Assembly: GCF_037042905.1 (NCBI RefSeq)
Contig: NC_087251.1
Coordinates: 30,816,001 to 30,880,000, forward strand
DNA from: Lytechinus pictus
Taxonomy: Eukaryota
Reading direction: 5' to 3'
Length of the DNA stretch: 64,000 bases
The position numbers and the translations under genes were made by a program. This document shows, in pieces, positions 28,371-40,916 of the stretch. Position 1 is the stretch's first letter; every line of letters begins with the position of its first letter. The notes beneath the pieces are model-generated. The model was given only the letters and a program-made list of their open reading frames with translations. It had not been told where the DNA came from and ran no database searches.

Positions 28371-30222
28371 AAGACAACCAGATCTAGTTACGATTCTCTC
28401 AATGTAATTTTTGACCTGAGCTTGTGAATGGTTTGTAAGATCGACAATTCCACATAAGTCCAGCAGAAAGTGTCTTTGCATGACCAAGCCCATCTTGTTT
28501 ATTTACCAACTATTTTTCATTACGTGCAATGTATCGTAAATTTCAAATTCTTTTTCATTTTTAGCTCATCCAGCATGTATGGTCAGATGAGCTTATGATG
28601 TGGCATAATGTCCCTCGTTTATCCACGATTTCTGAATGTTTCTTCTTTCTTTGTAATTTCTATCAGAGTTCAATTCTGTTTTATATCATAGCACTCGGCT
28701 GGAAATTCAAACCTTCTCCACTGAATTTTGAAGTCTTCAAATATGAAATATATTTTATTTTGATTTTATTTCATTTTATTTCTGCATTCACATCAGTATC
28801 AGAATTTCAAAATATACAGTAATAGCCATAATATAAGCAGAGAAAATAAATAACAAGATGTATTATACATTTTACAAAATAATTTTTAAAGGAGTGCAGG
28901 AGACCGCCATCGTGAGCGTTTAGGCTTGATGATAAATCACAATGAATAATTACACTGAAAACTTTATGGCATTATGATCAACATGGTGGGTATTAAAAAT
29001 TTATGGCATTATGATCGAAACATGATGATGGGTATAAAATGAGGCATCCCAGATATGACATACATACTCTCTATTTCTTTGTGAAATAAAAAATATTTCA
29101 ATTTTTTTATTTTTACAAGATTTAATAATAATTCAATCAATATATTACAAGGCAATTCGAAAAGTTCACAGTGGAATGTTGTTTTTCATTTTAAGGTAAA
29201 AATGAAATATTTCATAATTTCATAATTCATATTTCACAATGAAATACAAAATTAGTCAGCAGATGATGCCATCAGTTCCCTCATTTAGGTCTACATACAT
29301 GTAATTTGAAGTGATCTACAATGTATAAAGGGTCTACTACATTTACATGTACATGGTAAGGGGTCCTAAAGCTACATGTATGCACCACTCACTGCACAAC
29401 AATTTCAATTTCTATAAATATTATGGAACTGTGACTAACAATTCCTATTCAATCATACATTTCCAACAGAGGCTGCAATAAATCACAAGATGTAGTGAAA
29501 AACTGCAACTGTTTGCTGTTTTGAAGTTATATTCAATTAAATTGTATATTTTCCTATAATAATATGAATAGATCTACAAGCAGATCTATCGTTTAGAAAA
29601 TAGGCACAATTTCTTTGCTTGATAGATCAAGTGTGTATGCCAACCTTGTTCATTGAATGAGTGGTGTATGCCCCCTTCTGGATTTGGCAGCTAAATCAAG
29701 AAGTGTTTTGGGGAAAGGAGGCAAGGATTTTTGTTTGAGTGTTTTGAGATATTTTCTTTGATAATGTGCTTTCAAATATTAATAAAAATTGTAAGACAAT
29801 CAGTTGAAATAATCAAATTCTCATAATTTTAATCATTTGTAAACAAAGTGCATCATACACATAATATCACTTATGAGTAGAGGTTTTACTTTAATAGGAA
29901 TAGTACAAGATGCAGGAAATGGCTTAACCAGATGCAGGCAACCCCTTTTCCCTTCTAGTACTAGAAGCAAAAAATAATAGGAGGGAATTCAATCAAAAGA
30001 ATTTAAAATAATAGATCTAGATCTAAATAGATCTGGGCTTTGGAACTCCTCTACTCGGCTCTAGATTACAATTTAATTAAAAATGACATCACCTGGCTTT
30101 TAGTTTACTTTTAGTTTTAGTCTTGTCCCCGCTCCCTCCCTTCTCCCCTATCAAAATATCACTTGCCATTGGCATTGGGTCTACAATGTTCTAAGACTAA
30201 GTTGAGCTGAACCTGCACTTAC

Positions 30223-30347
30223 ATATTTTCATGCCCTGTTCCCTTTTTCTGCTGATGTCCTACAGCTGGAGTCATTGCCAGATCACGTCGAAGCTCCACC
30301 GCTGCTCCCCCTGGGTCCATCCTGGAACTCCCCGCTGCCTGCAACAT
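30223..30347 (-). CDS. PELI: Pellino, probable first coding exon (MLQAAGSSRMDPGGAAVELRRDLAMTPAVGHQQKKGTGHEN, phase 2)
   Basis: ATG at 30347 follows an in-frame TAG 13 codons upstream. The frame is open to a consensus donor AT|GTAAGT (30222-30217). Phase 2 matches the acceptor of exon 9949-9821. It lies just inside a CpG-rich promoter-like region. The peptide itself is not recognisably conserved. Confidence 0.7.
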
Positions 30348-31060
30348 GCCTCTGTGTAATTTTTCTACTTTCACTTTGGTTTCCTAATGAATAACACTGT
30401 TGTGTTGCACTTGCACTGCAAAAAGCACTTGCCCTTGATCGGACTAAGTTTCAGTAGCGTTATTTGGTCTTTTTAACGCAAGTCTAATATTATTAATCTT
30501 ACGATTTAAAGTCTAAAGTAAAGAAATGAAAAATTCTGTCACTATTTTGTCAGCAAATTATTGCTGCGGTAATACAATCCGAAATTTATATACTGACTGA
30601 AGTGATATCCATTCATCTAATCCTGCACAATTGGCTGCTAGTCGTCCAAATTCTGGGTTAACTCAAAGAATGCAGCTGAGGAGCCTGAGCCCGAGTGAGA
30701 TGTGTTGAGCTGAGCTGAGCGACCATACCTCCGGAGTATATACGGTACGGTACGGTACCGTAGATGCCACCGCACGATAGCCCGCAGTTGGAGGCCGCTC
30801 TCGAGTCGAAGTTCGAAGAGATTCAGACTCGCATCAACTTCAAGTTCAATCCCTAAACACAAATGAGAATCGCATGTTCCGAACCCAAAACTCTGAGTAT
30901 AGATATCAGTCACACATTAATATACTATTCTTAGAACTGACGGAGTTTTCGGGAAAATATTGAGAATTTAATTCCTTGTCACAGTCTTTGTTGCCTTATC
31001 GATGTCGTATCTGCTGATCTGAGAGAACTTTTTATGAGGTTTAGCGCCCTCTAACGTTAA
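30348..31060 (-). promoter_or_regulatory. Putative Pellino 5'UTR/promoter with a CTCF-like core (TAGCGCCCTCTA, 31042-31053)
   Basis: Abrupt switch to CpG-rich sequence upstream of the first coding exon. The motif resembles the CTCF core AGRGGGCGC on the minus strand. The TSS was not determined. Confidence 0.5.
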
Positions 31061-32242
31061 TTTCGACTGTAAATTTCTAAATTCATTCATTCATTATTGT
31101 TCCCGATATATTCTTTTAGAAATATCGAAATTATGGTATTCACCGGTGTGTTTCTCTTCTCTCTATTTTTTTTTCAATTTCCCTTTGAACATTAAAAACG
31201 GAATCGGTAATTTCTACTTATCTATGCTTTGAATGTGAAATTTCAGGGCGGATTTTCCCTGAGAAGAATCTGGGGGTGGGGAGGGGCCGCGAGGGGGCCG
31301 GGGGGCGGATCAATCACTAAATCTAAGTTAACGTTCAGATGGACTTATTTTTGTCTTCTATTTTCTCTTAATAGTAATAAACAAAAAAAGGGTGTGCTGT
31401 TTCTATAATGTTGATTTCTTTGTTTTTTCAAACTTTTATCTCTACGCAATTTATAGGCGACATTACTGGGACCACGTCGTACAATGGAGGGGGGGGGAGC
31501 AGTCACTCTCCGGCCACCTGGCCTAGCAGCTACCCAACTTGTTGAACACCCTCAAATGGCACCCTACATGGCGTATCATACCAAATTTTGTGATCCAAAA
31601 TGGCGTAATACCTTGGAAAAAAAAACCCTCGTACGTGGCGCAAGCATTATTGACATCCATTAATTCTGATGTTCTAAGCAGTCTAAGTGGCATGATACAG
31701 TGAACATCGACTAAATATGATACCCTACTAGATACCCTACTAATGTCCTTTTAATAAGGGGCTCATGAAAAGTTGTCGCTTTTCTGGACACGGATGAGTA
31801 TCGTGCTCTTGTCGTGTGGAGTGTGAACCGAGTGTGACACCCCGAGGAGCGGATCAAGGCTTCATGGAAGGGGCGGATCCATGATTTCATGAAAGGGGGG
31901 GGGGCATTTTTTCTGCAGATATTTTTTTACAAGCAAAAAAGGGGAGCATCACTCCGCCTATGCGGCACCGAAAAGAATATTTCCATCCACGTTTCCCCGA
32001 TCATCCTCTAAAAGCGGATGTTTGTTTGTGTTTAGAGGGGGTTGTGGTAACTAGAGCTTAAAGTACCATCTTAACTGGAGTTTACAAAATGGATATAAGG
32101 TAAGCTAAGCCAACCTAAATAAATAATGCGAGCGCGAAGCGCAAGGCAAGCTCAACATTTTGGTTATTTCATGTATTCAGATCTAAAAATTGAACATTCT
32201 GAGCAATTTATGTAATCATGATAAAATGCATGTCTAACTTAA

Positions 32243-32842
32243 AGGACAAGTCCCCCCGAACAAAAGTTGATTGGAATAAAAGGAGAAAAATCAAACAAGC
32301 ATAAAGCACTGACAATTTCATCAAAATACAATTAGAAAGTTATGACATTTTTAAGTTTCACTTAATTTCACGAAACAGTTATATGCACATCCTGGTCGGT
32401 ATGCAAATGAGCAGACTGATGACGTCACCCACTCACTATTTCTTTTGTATTTTATTACATGAAATATTAAAAATTCTATTTTTCTCTTCATTGTCCTTTG
32501 AAACAAAGTTTTATTTTTCCCTAAACATATGGAATTACCATTATTTTAACAGTTTACGGTTTAAGTCGAGTTGGTTCTTATTGTCAAATCTGTAAAAATT
32601 GAAATATTGCATAGTACAGACAATAAAAAAACAAAAGAAATAGTGAGTGAGTGACATCATTGACTCTCTCATTTGCATATCACTGAGTTGTGCATATAAC
32701 TGTTTGGTGAAAAATAAGTGAAACTTATAAATGTCATAACTTTCTTATTTTACATCCGATTTTGACGAAATTTGCAGTGTTATGCTTGTTGGATTTTTCT
32801 CCTTTTATTTAAATCAACAATATTCTGTGGTGGACTTGTCCT
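32243..32842. mobile_element. TTAA-targeting foldback MITE (Kolobok-like), 600 bp
   Basis: TTAA|AGGACAAGTCC...GGACTTGTCCT|TTAA with long imperfect inverted arms. Same family as 44014-44553. Confidence 0.88.
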
Positions 32843-33890
32843 TTAAATATTTATGCCAGTGCGGAGCACGTGCTTAACTTTTTTGACTGACCTGAAAAGG
32901 GACCTCGATGTTTAGGAAAGGTAATACTACAGCAGTAACACAGTGTATAAAGCGCTATATAAATGTAACTATTATTATTAATGTTTGCAGTGACTCATGA
33001 AGAGGATACCATGATACATTTTTCATCAATCGAGTATAATGCAAGCGTGAGGGGAAAAATTACTTCTTTTTTTACATCAACTGCAATAGAAAAAAAAACG
33101 TATCTCGCATCTTTTGCCAAGTACGAGCTGATTTCTTTTTTTTTTCTGAAGATTTATACCTATATTAAAACGGAACATTCTATTAATTTTCATATAATTA
33201 TGAAAAAGATGGGTATATATTAAGGAATAAATTATGCCAACTCCCAGCGCGAGCTGATATATTTTGACATCCAATGTGTAAGCTTTTCAACATGTTTTTA
33301 ATAAAGAACAAGGCTGTGTATCTCAAAATGCGAGCACGAAGCGCGAGCTGATTTTCAGGGAGCTAGGCCCTTTTTAGTCCTTCAAACGGAGCATTCTAAT
33401 CAGCATTTTTATAATAGGATGGGTATCTAAACTATTAATGCGACAGCAAAAAATGGGAGAACATGCATATTATAGCGCGAGCTTATCTAATTTTTTTTCT
33501 TTCATATATTCGACACTTTCTCCCTTGTTTTATTCACATTTCTTCCTCCTAATTCCTTCTTATTATATTTCTTTCCCCTCCCCCCTTTTTTGTGCAGTCA
33601 ATATATGGGGCATGGTCACATAGGAAGCCCCCTAAGATTTTCACGGCCCCCTGGAAACTATAGGTTGTCATACCAGAGATTTGATACTGTCACCTTTATT
33701 TTGGAGCGAATTTTGTTTTTTCATTGCTTGTCAATTTTTTTTTCTCCAATATCATATTTATTTGGAAGTGAACTCTCTCCCCTTAAAACAAAAACAAGCA
33801 CCTCCTCTAAAAAAAAAAATCTGTAAGATTCATGGATACTGTATAGTTTTTATGCATTCCCCATAAAATGGGAAGGAGCGCAAATCGGGT

Positions 33891-34061
33891 GTGCGGTGTT
33901 TCATAAAAGTTGTCAGCGCTGACTAAATATTGTCAGAGCTGACAATTTCAGTGAAATCCTTGGTTTTGATTGGCTGAGAGGCACTAACCTCTGACTGTTA
34001 CCATGGTAACTGTTGGAAAAAGAAAAGTTGTCAGTGCTGACAACTTCATGAAACGGTCCCC
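33891..34061. mobile_element. Palindromic Harbinger-like MITE
   Basis: Inverted termini GTTTCATAAAAGTTGTCAGCGCTGAC / GTCAGTGCTGACAACTTCATGAAAC. Confidence 0.8.
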
Positions 34062-34289
34062 AGCTATATATATTTTTTTCAATTTCCCTTCACTTTTTTT
34101 GTTTTCTTAAATGCGTTTAAATTTACACCCCACTCTCATACCGCCTGCATGGGACATGTCCCTTGACCCCGTCAAAATCATCACTTGTGGGGGTTTGATC
34201 GGCATTCGTCATTGGTTTGGGGGGGTGATTGACACAAATTTTGTTCTCTGTCAAGGATCTTAATGGGCAGTCATGGCGTAATTGATTTT

Positions 34290-34304
<15 letters not shown>

Positions 34305-34376
<72 letters not shown>
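34305..34376. repeat. (TA)n microsatellite preceded by a poly-A run
   Basis: About 36 perfect TA units read directly. Confidence 0.98.
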
Positions 34377-34380
<4 letters not shown>

Positions 34381-34682
34381 TTCGAGTGAGCGAAGCGAGC
34401 GAGGAAATAGTGTGGCCTTTTGAATTAAAAAGTCTAATTTTAGGATTTACATGACATATGAATACATGAAGATGTGCCATTTTGAGGACTATTGTCAGTT
34501 TTCAGAGCCTAAGGCCTACAGTCTTTTAAATTTCAATTATCATTTTTGAATGTTCTCCATTTTTTTTACATCATAAACCAGGATCCTAATATAAATGCAG
34601 TGGCACTCAAAAGGGTTGAATGGGACACAGTGCACCTCATGTGCTTAGATGCGGGAGGGGTAAATTTTTAAAAGATGATTTA

Positions 34683-35000
34683 AATTGAATTGAGTTCATT
34701 TATTTTCCATTAAAAACATGCAAAATCAAGAATATTCAAACATTACAAAGCATAAAAATGAGACATTGTATACAAATGATGTATCATATACTTTAAACAT
34801 AAACATAAGTGCAAATACATCGTTTTACATATTAGGAAAATTGGATGCCCATGGAAGCAGTATGCTTGTAGGATTGGGTCCCGGATTGGGTCACCCAGAA
34901 AATATCAGTAAATGATAGAATACATAATACAGTTATATGGATTACAAATGGATAAAACTTCTATCAACGATAATGATATATTACATATTTATACAATATT
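34683..35000 (-). mobile_element. Probable LINE (CR1/L2-type) 3'UTR fragment
   Basis: On the minus strand, a short GC-richer stem-like segment is followed by an AT-rich tract, AATAAA and a short-repeat tail (gaactcaattcaatt). No ORF remnant recognised. Confidence 0.4.
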
Positions 35001-36169
35001 TATTACCCGACTGACCGCCCCACCCACCCACGCACCATGCACGTATGTTAGGAACAGTTATGTACTGTAGTTTGAATGAAGATAATAAAAAGGACCGGAG
35101 TTTCTAACATCTATTGGCAAAGAATGCCAAATGTCTGGACCTGCGTGTGGCGAATAGACTTATAGGTTGTGAATTGTGATTGGATTTGCTAAATGAAAAT
35201 TGAGTGAATTTCTTGTGATAAATAATGATAATGATAAGATATTTAAGATATTTAAAACATTTTGATGAACTTCTTTGATATACATAAGAAGTGTTAATTG
35301 TGTAATATATAAAGAGATTTATGTGTTATAAAAAGAGAAAATCCTGCTATTCAATATTCATTTTTTAAAAGTTGTTTAGATCTGTCAGAAACTAATCAGT
35401 GTGAATGATGATCAGATGATAGATCTCAGTATTTTGATTCAGTGGCAAAACTTAGATTACTGACTTTATTTTTATTGGATAACTTTAGATTAAAGAGTTA
35501 AAATGTTTCAAGTTTATCCACCGTCGTATATCAAGAAATTAATATGCATTTAAGATGGTATACTATGCAAACTTCGAATTCCTAATTGTGTAACTTTTGT
35601 AAGACTGAACCGCAAACTTTGATGTATTTATTTTGTTTATGCCATATTGTATTTAAATTTTGGTCAGATGTAAATAATTGGTTGAATTTTTACAATATAA
35701 GTTCCCACAAATGAACAAATATTGATATATGTTTTTTTTTCAAGCAAACAACATCTTCTTTCAAAATTAATACAATAATTTCATTTGCTAAATATTTCGA
35801 TGTTGCATCATTAAAAATGGAGGGCTTTTACCAATTTTGAACTAAACTGAGACTTGCTTTTGGTTATTTATGTTCAATTATTCATCTTTATTTTGCCGAT
35901 TTTTTAAAATTATTTGGATGTATCTTGATGTACACAATTATATTGATATTGTTATATAATTTTTGTTTTGTTGACGGAAGCGATATTAAAAAAAAAAAAA
36001 TAGCCTCGAATTTTTCATTCTCCATTCCTCTGTTTCTAATAATATCTAAAGGAATGGTTTCATTCAATATCAATTAAAGATTTTTTTCTTTCTTTTTTAG
36101 AAAACGAAATTTCATATTAATTATGGGGAAACTATTCTCTTTCGCCCAGATTTAACAAGGATAACATCG

Positions 36170-36525
36170 CTCGTTTTAGGCCATCGATCGTGATTTTTTT
36201 TTTTCGTTTTTGACACTCTGTTGGCATTCCGCGCCTACGCGTTAAAAGAACAAATTTTTCCGATTTTTTTTTCTCGTGAGTGCTGGCGGCATGGCAATAT
36301 CTAATGGCAGTGACAGTGACCCCCCCCCCGGCTATTTTTACAATATTTTTTTTTGTCAGGGTGAAATTCCCTTTTAAAAATTAAGCTAACGTGTTATTAG
36401 CGCTATATAGCTCGCGCTCGTGCGATGCCCCATGCATGCCACACGTAGAAGCAATATCCATGCGCTATATTGCCCCGGCGCGGCGCGCGCGCCCGCAGAT
36501 ATACGGTATTCGCTTACGTGGAAAG
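36170..36525 (+). promoter_or_regulatory. CpG-rich promoter/5'UTR of TANGO1
   Basis: GC/CpG-rich run (ccggcgcggcgcgcgcgccc) immediately upstream of ATG 36526, which sits in a strong aagATGg context. TTACGTGG at 36514-36521. Confidence 0.6.
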
Positions 36526-36640
36526 ATGGCTGCTTTCTGCCGTAAATTACGGCATATCCTCTTTTTCGTACTTTTAAACATAATTTGTGGTGGAGCAGAT
36601 TTGCCAGAAAAGGTCCTCTGTGCAGATTCAAAGTGCAAAG
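36526..36640 (+). CDS. MIA3: TANGO1/MIA3 exon 1: signal peptide plus start of the MOTH domain (MAAFCRKLRHILFFVLLNIICGGADLPEKVLCADSKCK)
   Basis: Basic n-region, hydrophobic h-region and small residues, followed by LCADxxC, the hallmark of MIA/OTOR/TANGO1. Donor AAG|GTGAGT, phase 1. Confidence 0.93.
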
Positions 36641-37030
36641 GTGAGTTTTGAAGCATTAGACCTACTATGTAACCAATGATCGTTTAGAAACTAACTAGGT
36701 TTTTTGTGCTAAACTTTAGCTAGACAAGCTGACCCGGCCGAGGCAATGCACATGCACCGGACCCACTGTAGCAGGCAGCAACCCGCGGCCGTCGCGCTGG
36801 CCTCGAAGGTTCTCGTCGGGTCGGATCCCCATTGGGGTTCACAATCTATTTTTCACGACTTCGGACTTGCCGTCTTAATCTTGTTATGAAACCTGATATG
36901 TTTGCATTGACTAGATTCTAGCGCACATGATTGGTGTCCGCACTTGACAGGTGAATGAACTTTCCTAGATTTCTTGTGTGGAGAAATCTTTGAAAACAGA
37001 CAGTTGTAACTTGTTCTTTGTTGCAGTCTT

Positions 37031-37351
37031 GGGCCCGTATTCTGAAGTCGGGTTTAACTTAAACTCGGGTTTAAAGTTGTGGTTCAAGTATGGACAGCCA
37101 ATTGTTGCATAATCACTAACAGTAGAGATATCATACTTTCAACTCATTCGGCTCTCAAATCATTCATAATTGTGTAGGAAGTATAAATAGATGATTGTCT
37201 TCACCATCGAAGAATCAGGAAAGAGCAGAGTAAACATAAGAAACATACAACTTAATATTCTAATAAAAATTTTGATACTCTTGGCTTCCCATACTTAGAC
37301 CACAACTTTAAACCTGAGTTTAAGTTAAACCCGACTTCAGAATTCGGGCCC
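37031..37351. mobile_element. Harbinger-like MITE with TIRs of about 53 bp, in TANGO1 intron 1
   Basis: GGGCCCGTATTCTGAAGTCGGGTTTAACTTAAACTCGGGTTTAAAGTTGTGGT and its near-perfect reverse complement ending at 37351. Flanks are CTT and CTG. Confidence 0.9.
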
Positions 37352-37528
37352 CTGTAAGGCTGTAACTTGTCTTACTCTTACTCTTAGGCTGTAAAATGGG
37401 ACAATCCCAATTTTCTGACCAGCGCCTACTGATGTTCAGTAACGTTAACGTTAGATTTAACGTTAGAACTAAGTTAGAGCCAGAGCTAAGGCCGAGGCGC
37501 TCGGTCAATGTGGCCTATAACTATGGGA

Positions 37529-37662
37529 CGGGCTGCGGAACGGTTTTCAAAGTGGGGGGCTGACCATGCAAAAAATCACAATCCTATGGTCATTTTTACG
37601 TTTATATACACGGTTTGGGAAAAAAGGGGGGGGGGGCTGAAGCCCCCCCGCTTCCGCGGCCC
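37529..37662. mobile_element. Short hAT-type MITE
   Basis: Termini GGGCTGCGGAA / TTCCGCGGCCC with flanks ctatggga / ctgtggga, an 8-bp repeat with one mismatch. Confidence 0.6.
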
Positions 37663-38631
37663 CTGTGGGAGACACTCCAATATGGGGACAAATCTCCCAT
37701 TACTGGATACTCAGACCTTCCTTTTTGAAGAGCGCGATCGTGCTGGCGCTCCTACCGCGCTCCCACTCATTCAATGAACAAGGTTATGATATAACCTTGT
37801 TCTCAGTTACATCTCTATGTGTGGCAAAATAAGGTTGACAAAGTTTGGATTATTTTCTCTTTTTCTTTTGGAAAAATGCTTGACTTTTGTACACTGTCGG
37901 TGTCAGTTTCCACTACAGCTTTTCATTACATAACTTAGTAATAAATAAATAAATAAGTAAATTTGATTCTTTAAATCATTTTTTCTTTATTAAAAATAGA
38001 GCTTGAAAAATGAAAATTTTCTTGCCATATTACTTTCCACCAATAGAGGGCATACACAAAAAAATATGCCCCAAATTCAAGTTTTTGAGCGCTCTGGTCA
38101 ATACAAAAATTATTTTAAACTACTAATGAAAATTGAATTGCAACTGTATGGAAAGTAATAATTTTGATCACAAAAGTGATATTTTAATGATTTTTTAAAG
38201 TGTGTGCTCAATTCAGCATTGGCATACCATAGTCCAGTCAGATGGCAGGTCCCAAGAAAGTGGCTTCTTTCATCCAAGTGATATTCATGACTTGAGATGT
38301 TTTGCATATTTAATGAGCTTGATGCGGACCAAAACACCTCTTTTCATTCGGTCATTGCTGCTCTAATTGTGCATCGAATTTCATTAATTTGGTATCATTG
38401 TAAAGAAGAAGAATCATTCTTTCAGGTCATGTGTTTGAATTTATTCATAGATTTTGTCATATAGGTTAAAATTTTGATCTAAAATATGCTACAAAATAAT
38501 TATTTTCACCTGACAAAAGCTGCTATTTTCACACTTCATTTTTGTTTGACCCCTAATGATTTTTAGATCATGATAAAACTGAATATGTATGCCTTAAAAT
38601 GGTTTAGGTTTCAAAATAAGAATTGGTTTAA

Positions 38632-38917
38632 TCGGGTCAAGATCACACTTTTCATTGGCCAAGTACATAAAGCAGCTTGAAAACAAGAATACTGCACTCT
38701 GATTGGTCAAAGAGACCACACACTGGCAAATCCCAACGGTTCCAGTGCCTGGGTTCATGGGAAGGTCACACTTCCCATGTGGTAATCTTCTCAAATACCC
38801 CGCGCCTGTTGTTCTGTGAACCTTATCCAGCCAATCAGAACTCTGGATTTTATGCAAGTACAAAATTTCAGAAATCTCGTCTTGCACCTTGGTGGGAAAA
38901 GTGTGATCTTGACCCGA
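38632..38917. mobile_element. MITE with perfect 22-bp TIRs and TTAA flanks, apparently inserted in an older repeat
   Basis: TTAA|TCGGGTCAAGATCACACTTTTC ... GAAAAGTGTGATCTTGACCCGA|TTAA. Confidence 0.88.
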
Positions 38918-40715
38918 TTAAAAGGTGCTGCATATCAAGAGTGGCATTGTGAAAAAGTACAGAAGTTCAGCTTTATGGTGATATAGATATCATTGAGGCT
39001 CAAAATAAAAAGATTTGCAAAAGAAAACAGAGGAAGAAAATTCAGTTTTGAGGCACATTTTCAGGCCAGAAATTTACTTAATATTGTATACAAAATAAAT
39101 GACCAATATGAAAGAGTAACATTTACTCTATCTGATGGTGCAATAATATTTAATTTAACTTGAGGTTGAAACAGGTAAATTCATAGAGAAAGAAAATCTC
39201 ACGAATCACGAGATTTTGCAAGAAGGAGGATTCAGCCACGAGATGATTTGGATGAATCTGGCCTTTTTGCTCATTAGCATAGAGACCTGCGGTCTGACTA
39301 GTCCTACTCTGATTTTATTTTAAACTTGGTAAATATTGTAGTCCCATATGTAGATTTTCATGGCAACACCATGGAAGTCTACATGTGGGACTACAATATT
39401 TACCGAGTGTAAATTCAGCCCCCTGCGAACTTCGTTTGACATGGTGCATTGTGCGTTTAAAAGTCAGTGCATACGAGAGCCGCTGAATTTTGCTGTGCAA
39501 CACACTTGTGTAATCGAGAAGTTGCTGAGACCATTCACTCCCACATTTTATTCGTACTAATGAAGGCAACCCACTAGCTAACCTCTAACCCACTCATACG
39601 TATTGCGAGGTTAGTATTAGTATACTATAAACCTCGCACCATGAACCGCGTTTGGCAGTGGATTTCTAACTAGTGGGTCGCGCGTGCTAGGATCTTACTT
39701 CTGGTGTCCACAACACACGACTTCTGTGGCTTGATTTTTCTGTGCGCAGCGGCATGTAATGAACCCTTGGGTGCTCTAACCTAGAGAACAAGTGTACCTC
39801 AAAACACCACCTAAATTTTTTTTAAAATGGGAATCATGCACCCACCTAATTCTGTCGATGTTTATCTTCACACTCTGTATAACATTGTTGTAAAAGGAAG
39901 AGCTTGACCCTGAAAAAAACCATAAAAATACATCGCCGTCCGTTCTCTCCCATTTAAAATTGCATACAAAATAGTGAACCGGTACTTATGGGCACATTGG
40001 CAAAGTCTAATTGAAGTTAGCGATCAAAAGATCTGCCTGTGACAGCTCACCCGTTCGCAAGATTTTAGTCACTAACTTTAGTCGATATCAAAAGTTCTTG
40101 GATTCGCTGTAATTGAATTTTTTTTTAATTAGTAATTATTCTATAGTTGTTTTCAAAGTCAGCACTGCTGCTATATTGAATCGCGTAATGCAGCCGAGAC
40201 TGCCAGAGGCACTCCACATGTTTTTCTTGCCATAGAACCTAAGAAAAAAGTACAGGTTCACTCTGACGCTTGGCGGCGCGAAGCGACGCACAGCGGCCTC
40301 GGTGCGAAGCGCGGTAGCTATCGAAAATATCAATATCGACGAGCTTAGATTGCTGCTAAATGCACCACATTTTATGTCTATTTAATGCTTCTCCGGCCAC
40401 ACAGCCGTAAGGGTTGCGCGAATTGCGATTGAAGCAGAAAGGCAATTACTGATAACTTAGAAACGTCAAAGGCAATGATTTGAAGTCAATCTCATTTTAT
40501 ACTTACAGTTTATAGATTATTTACATCGATAAATTAACTCCATACTTTCCAATGTTCAGATCGATATTGCTACATCCTCAGAAAGTGTGATTAATTTTGT
40601 GAATGCGTGTTGTTTCTTATGTCAATGACCGACTGCATCTACGGACCGCATGCGTAGCCCTTTGAGCTTGCGCTGCGTCACGCCCTTAGTAAATCTAAAG
40701 ATTGTTCCGACTTTA

Positions 40716-40874
40716 TACCTCGGTCACATTTGTTCTACGGCGGCCGTACGGCGAGTCGAAAACAGCCGTTTTAACATTTTTTGTACCAGCTGAATATAGG
40801 TGGTTTACTGGTTTGAATAAAAATGAATAAAATTGCTGTTTTCGACTCGCCGTAGAACAAATGTGACCGAGGTA
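40716..40874. mobile_element. PIF/Harbinger (Tourist-like) MITE
   Basis: TTA|TACCTCGGTCACATTTGTTCTACGGCG ... CGCCGTAGAACAAATGTGACCGAGGTA|TTA. Confidence 0.9.
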
Positions 40875-40916
40875 TTATTTGGAAGCCTCGGGTTTTCTTT
40901 CGAGGCTTCCAAATAA

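Noticed and set aside
34263..34480. (YI)n ORFs on both strands
   Set aside because: They are translations of the (TA)n microsatellite.
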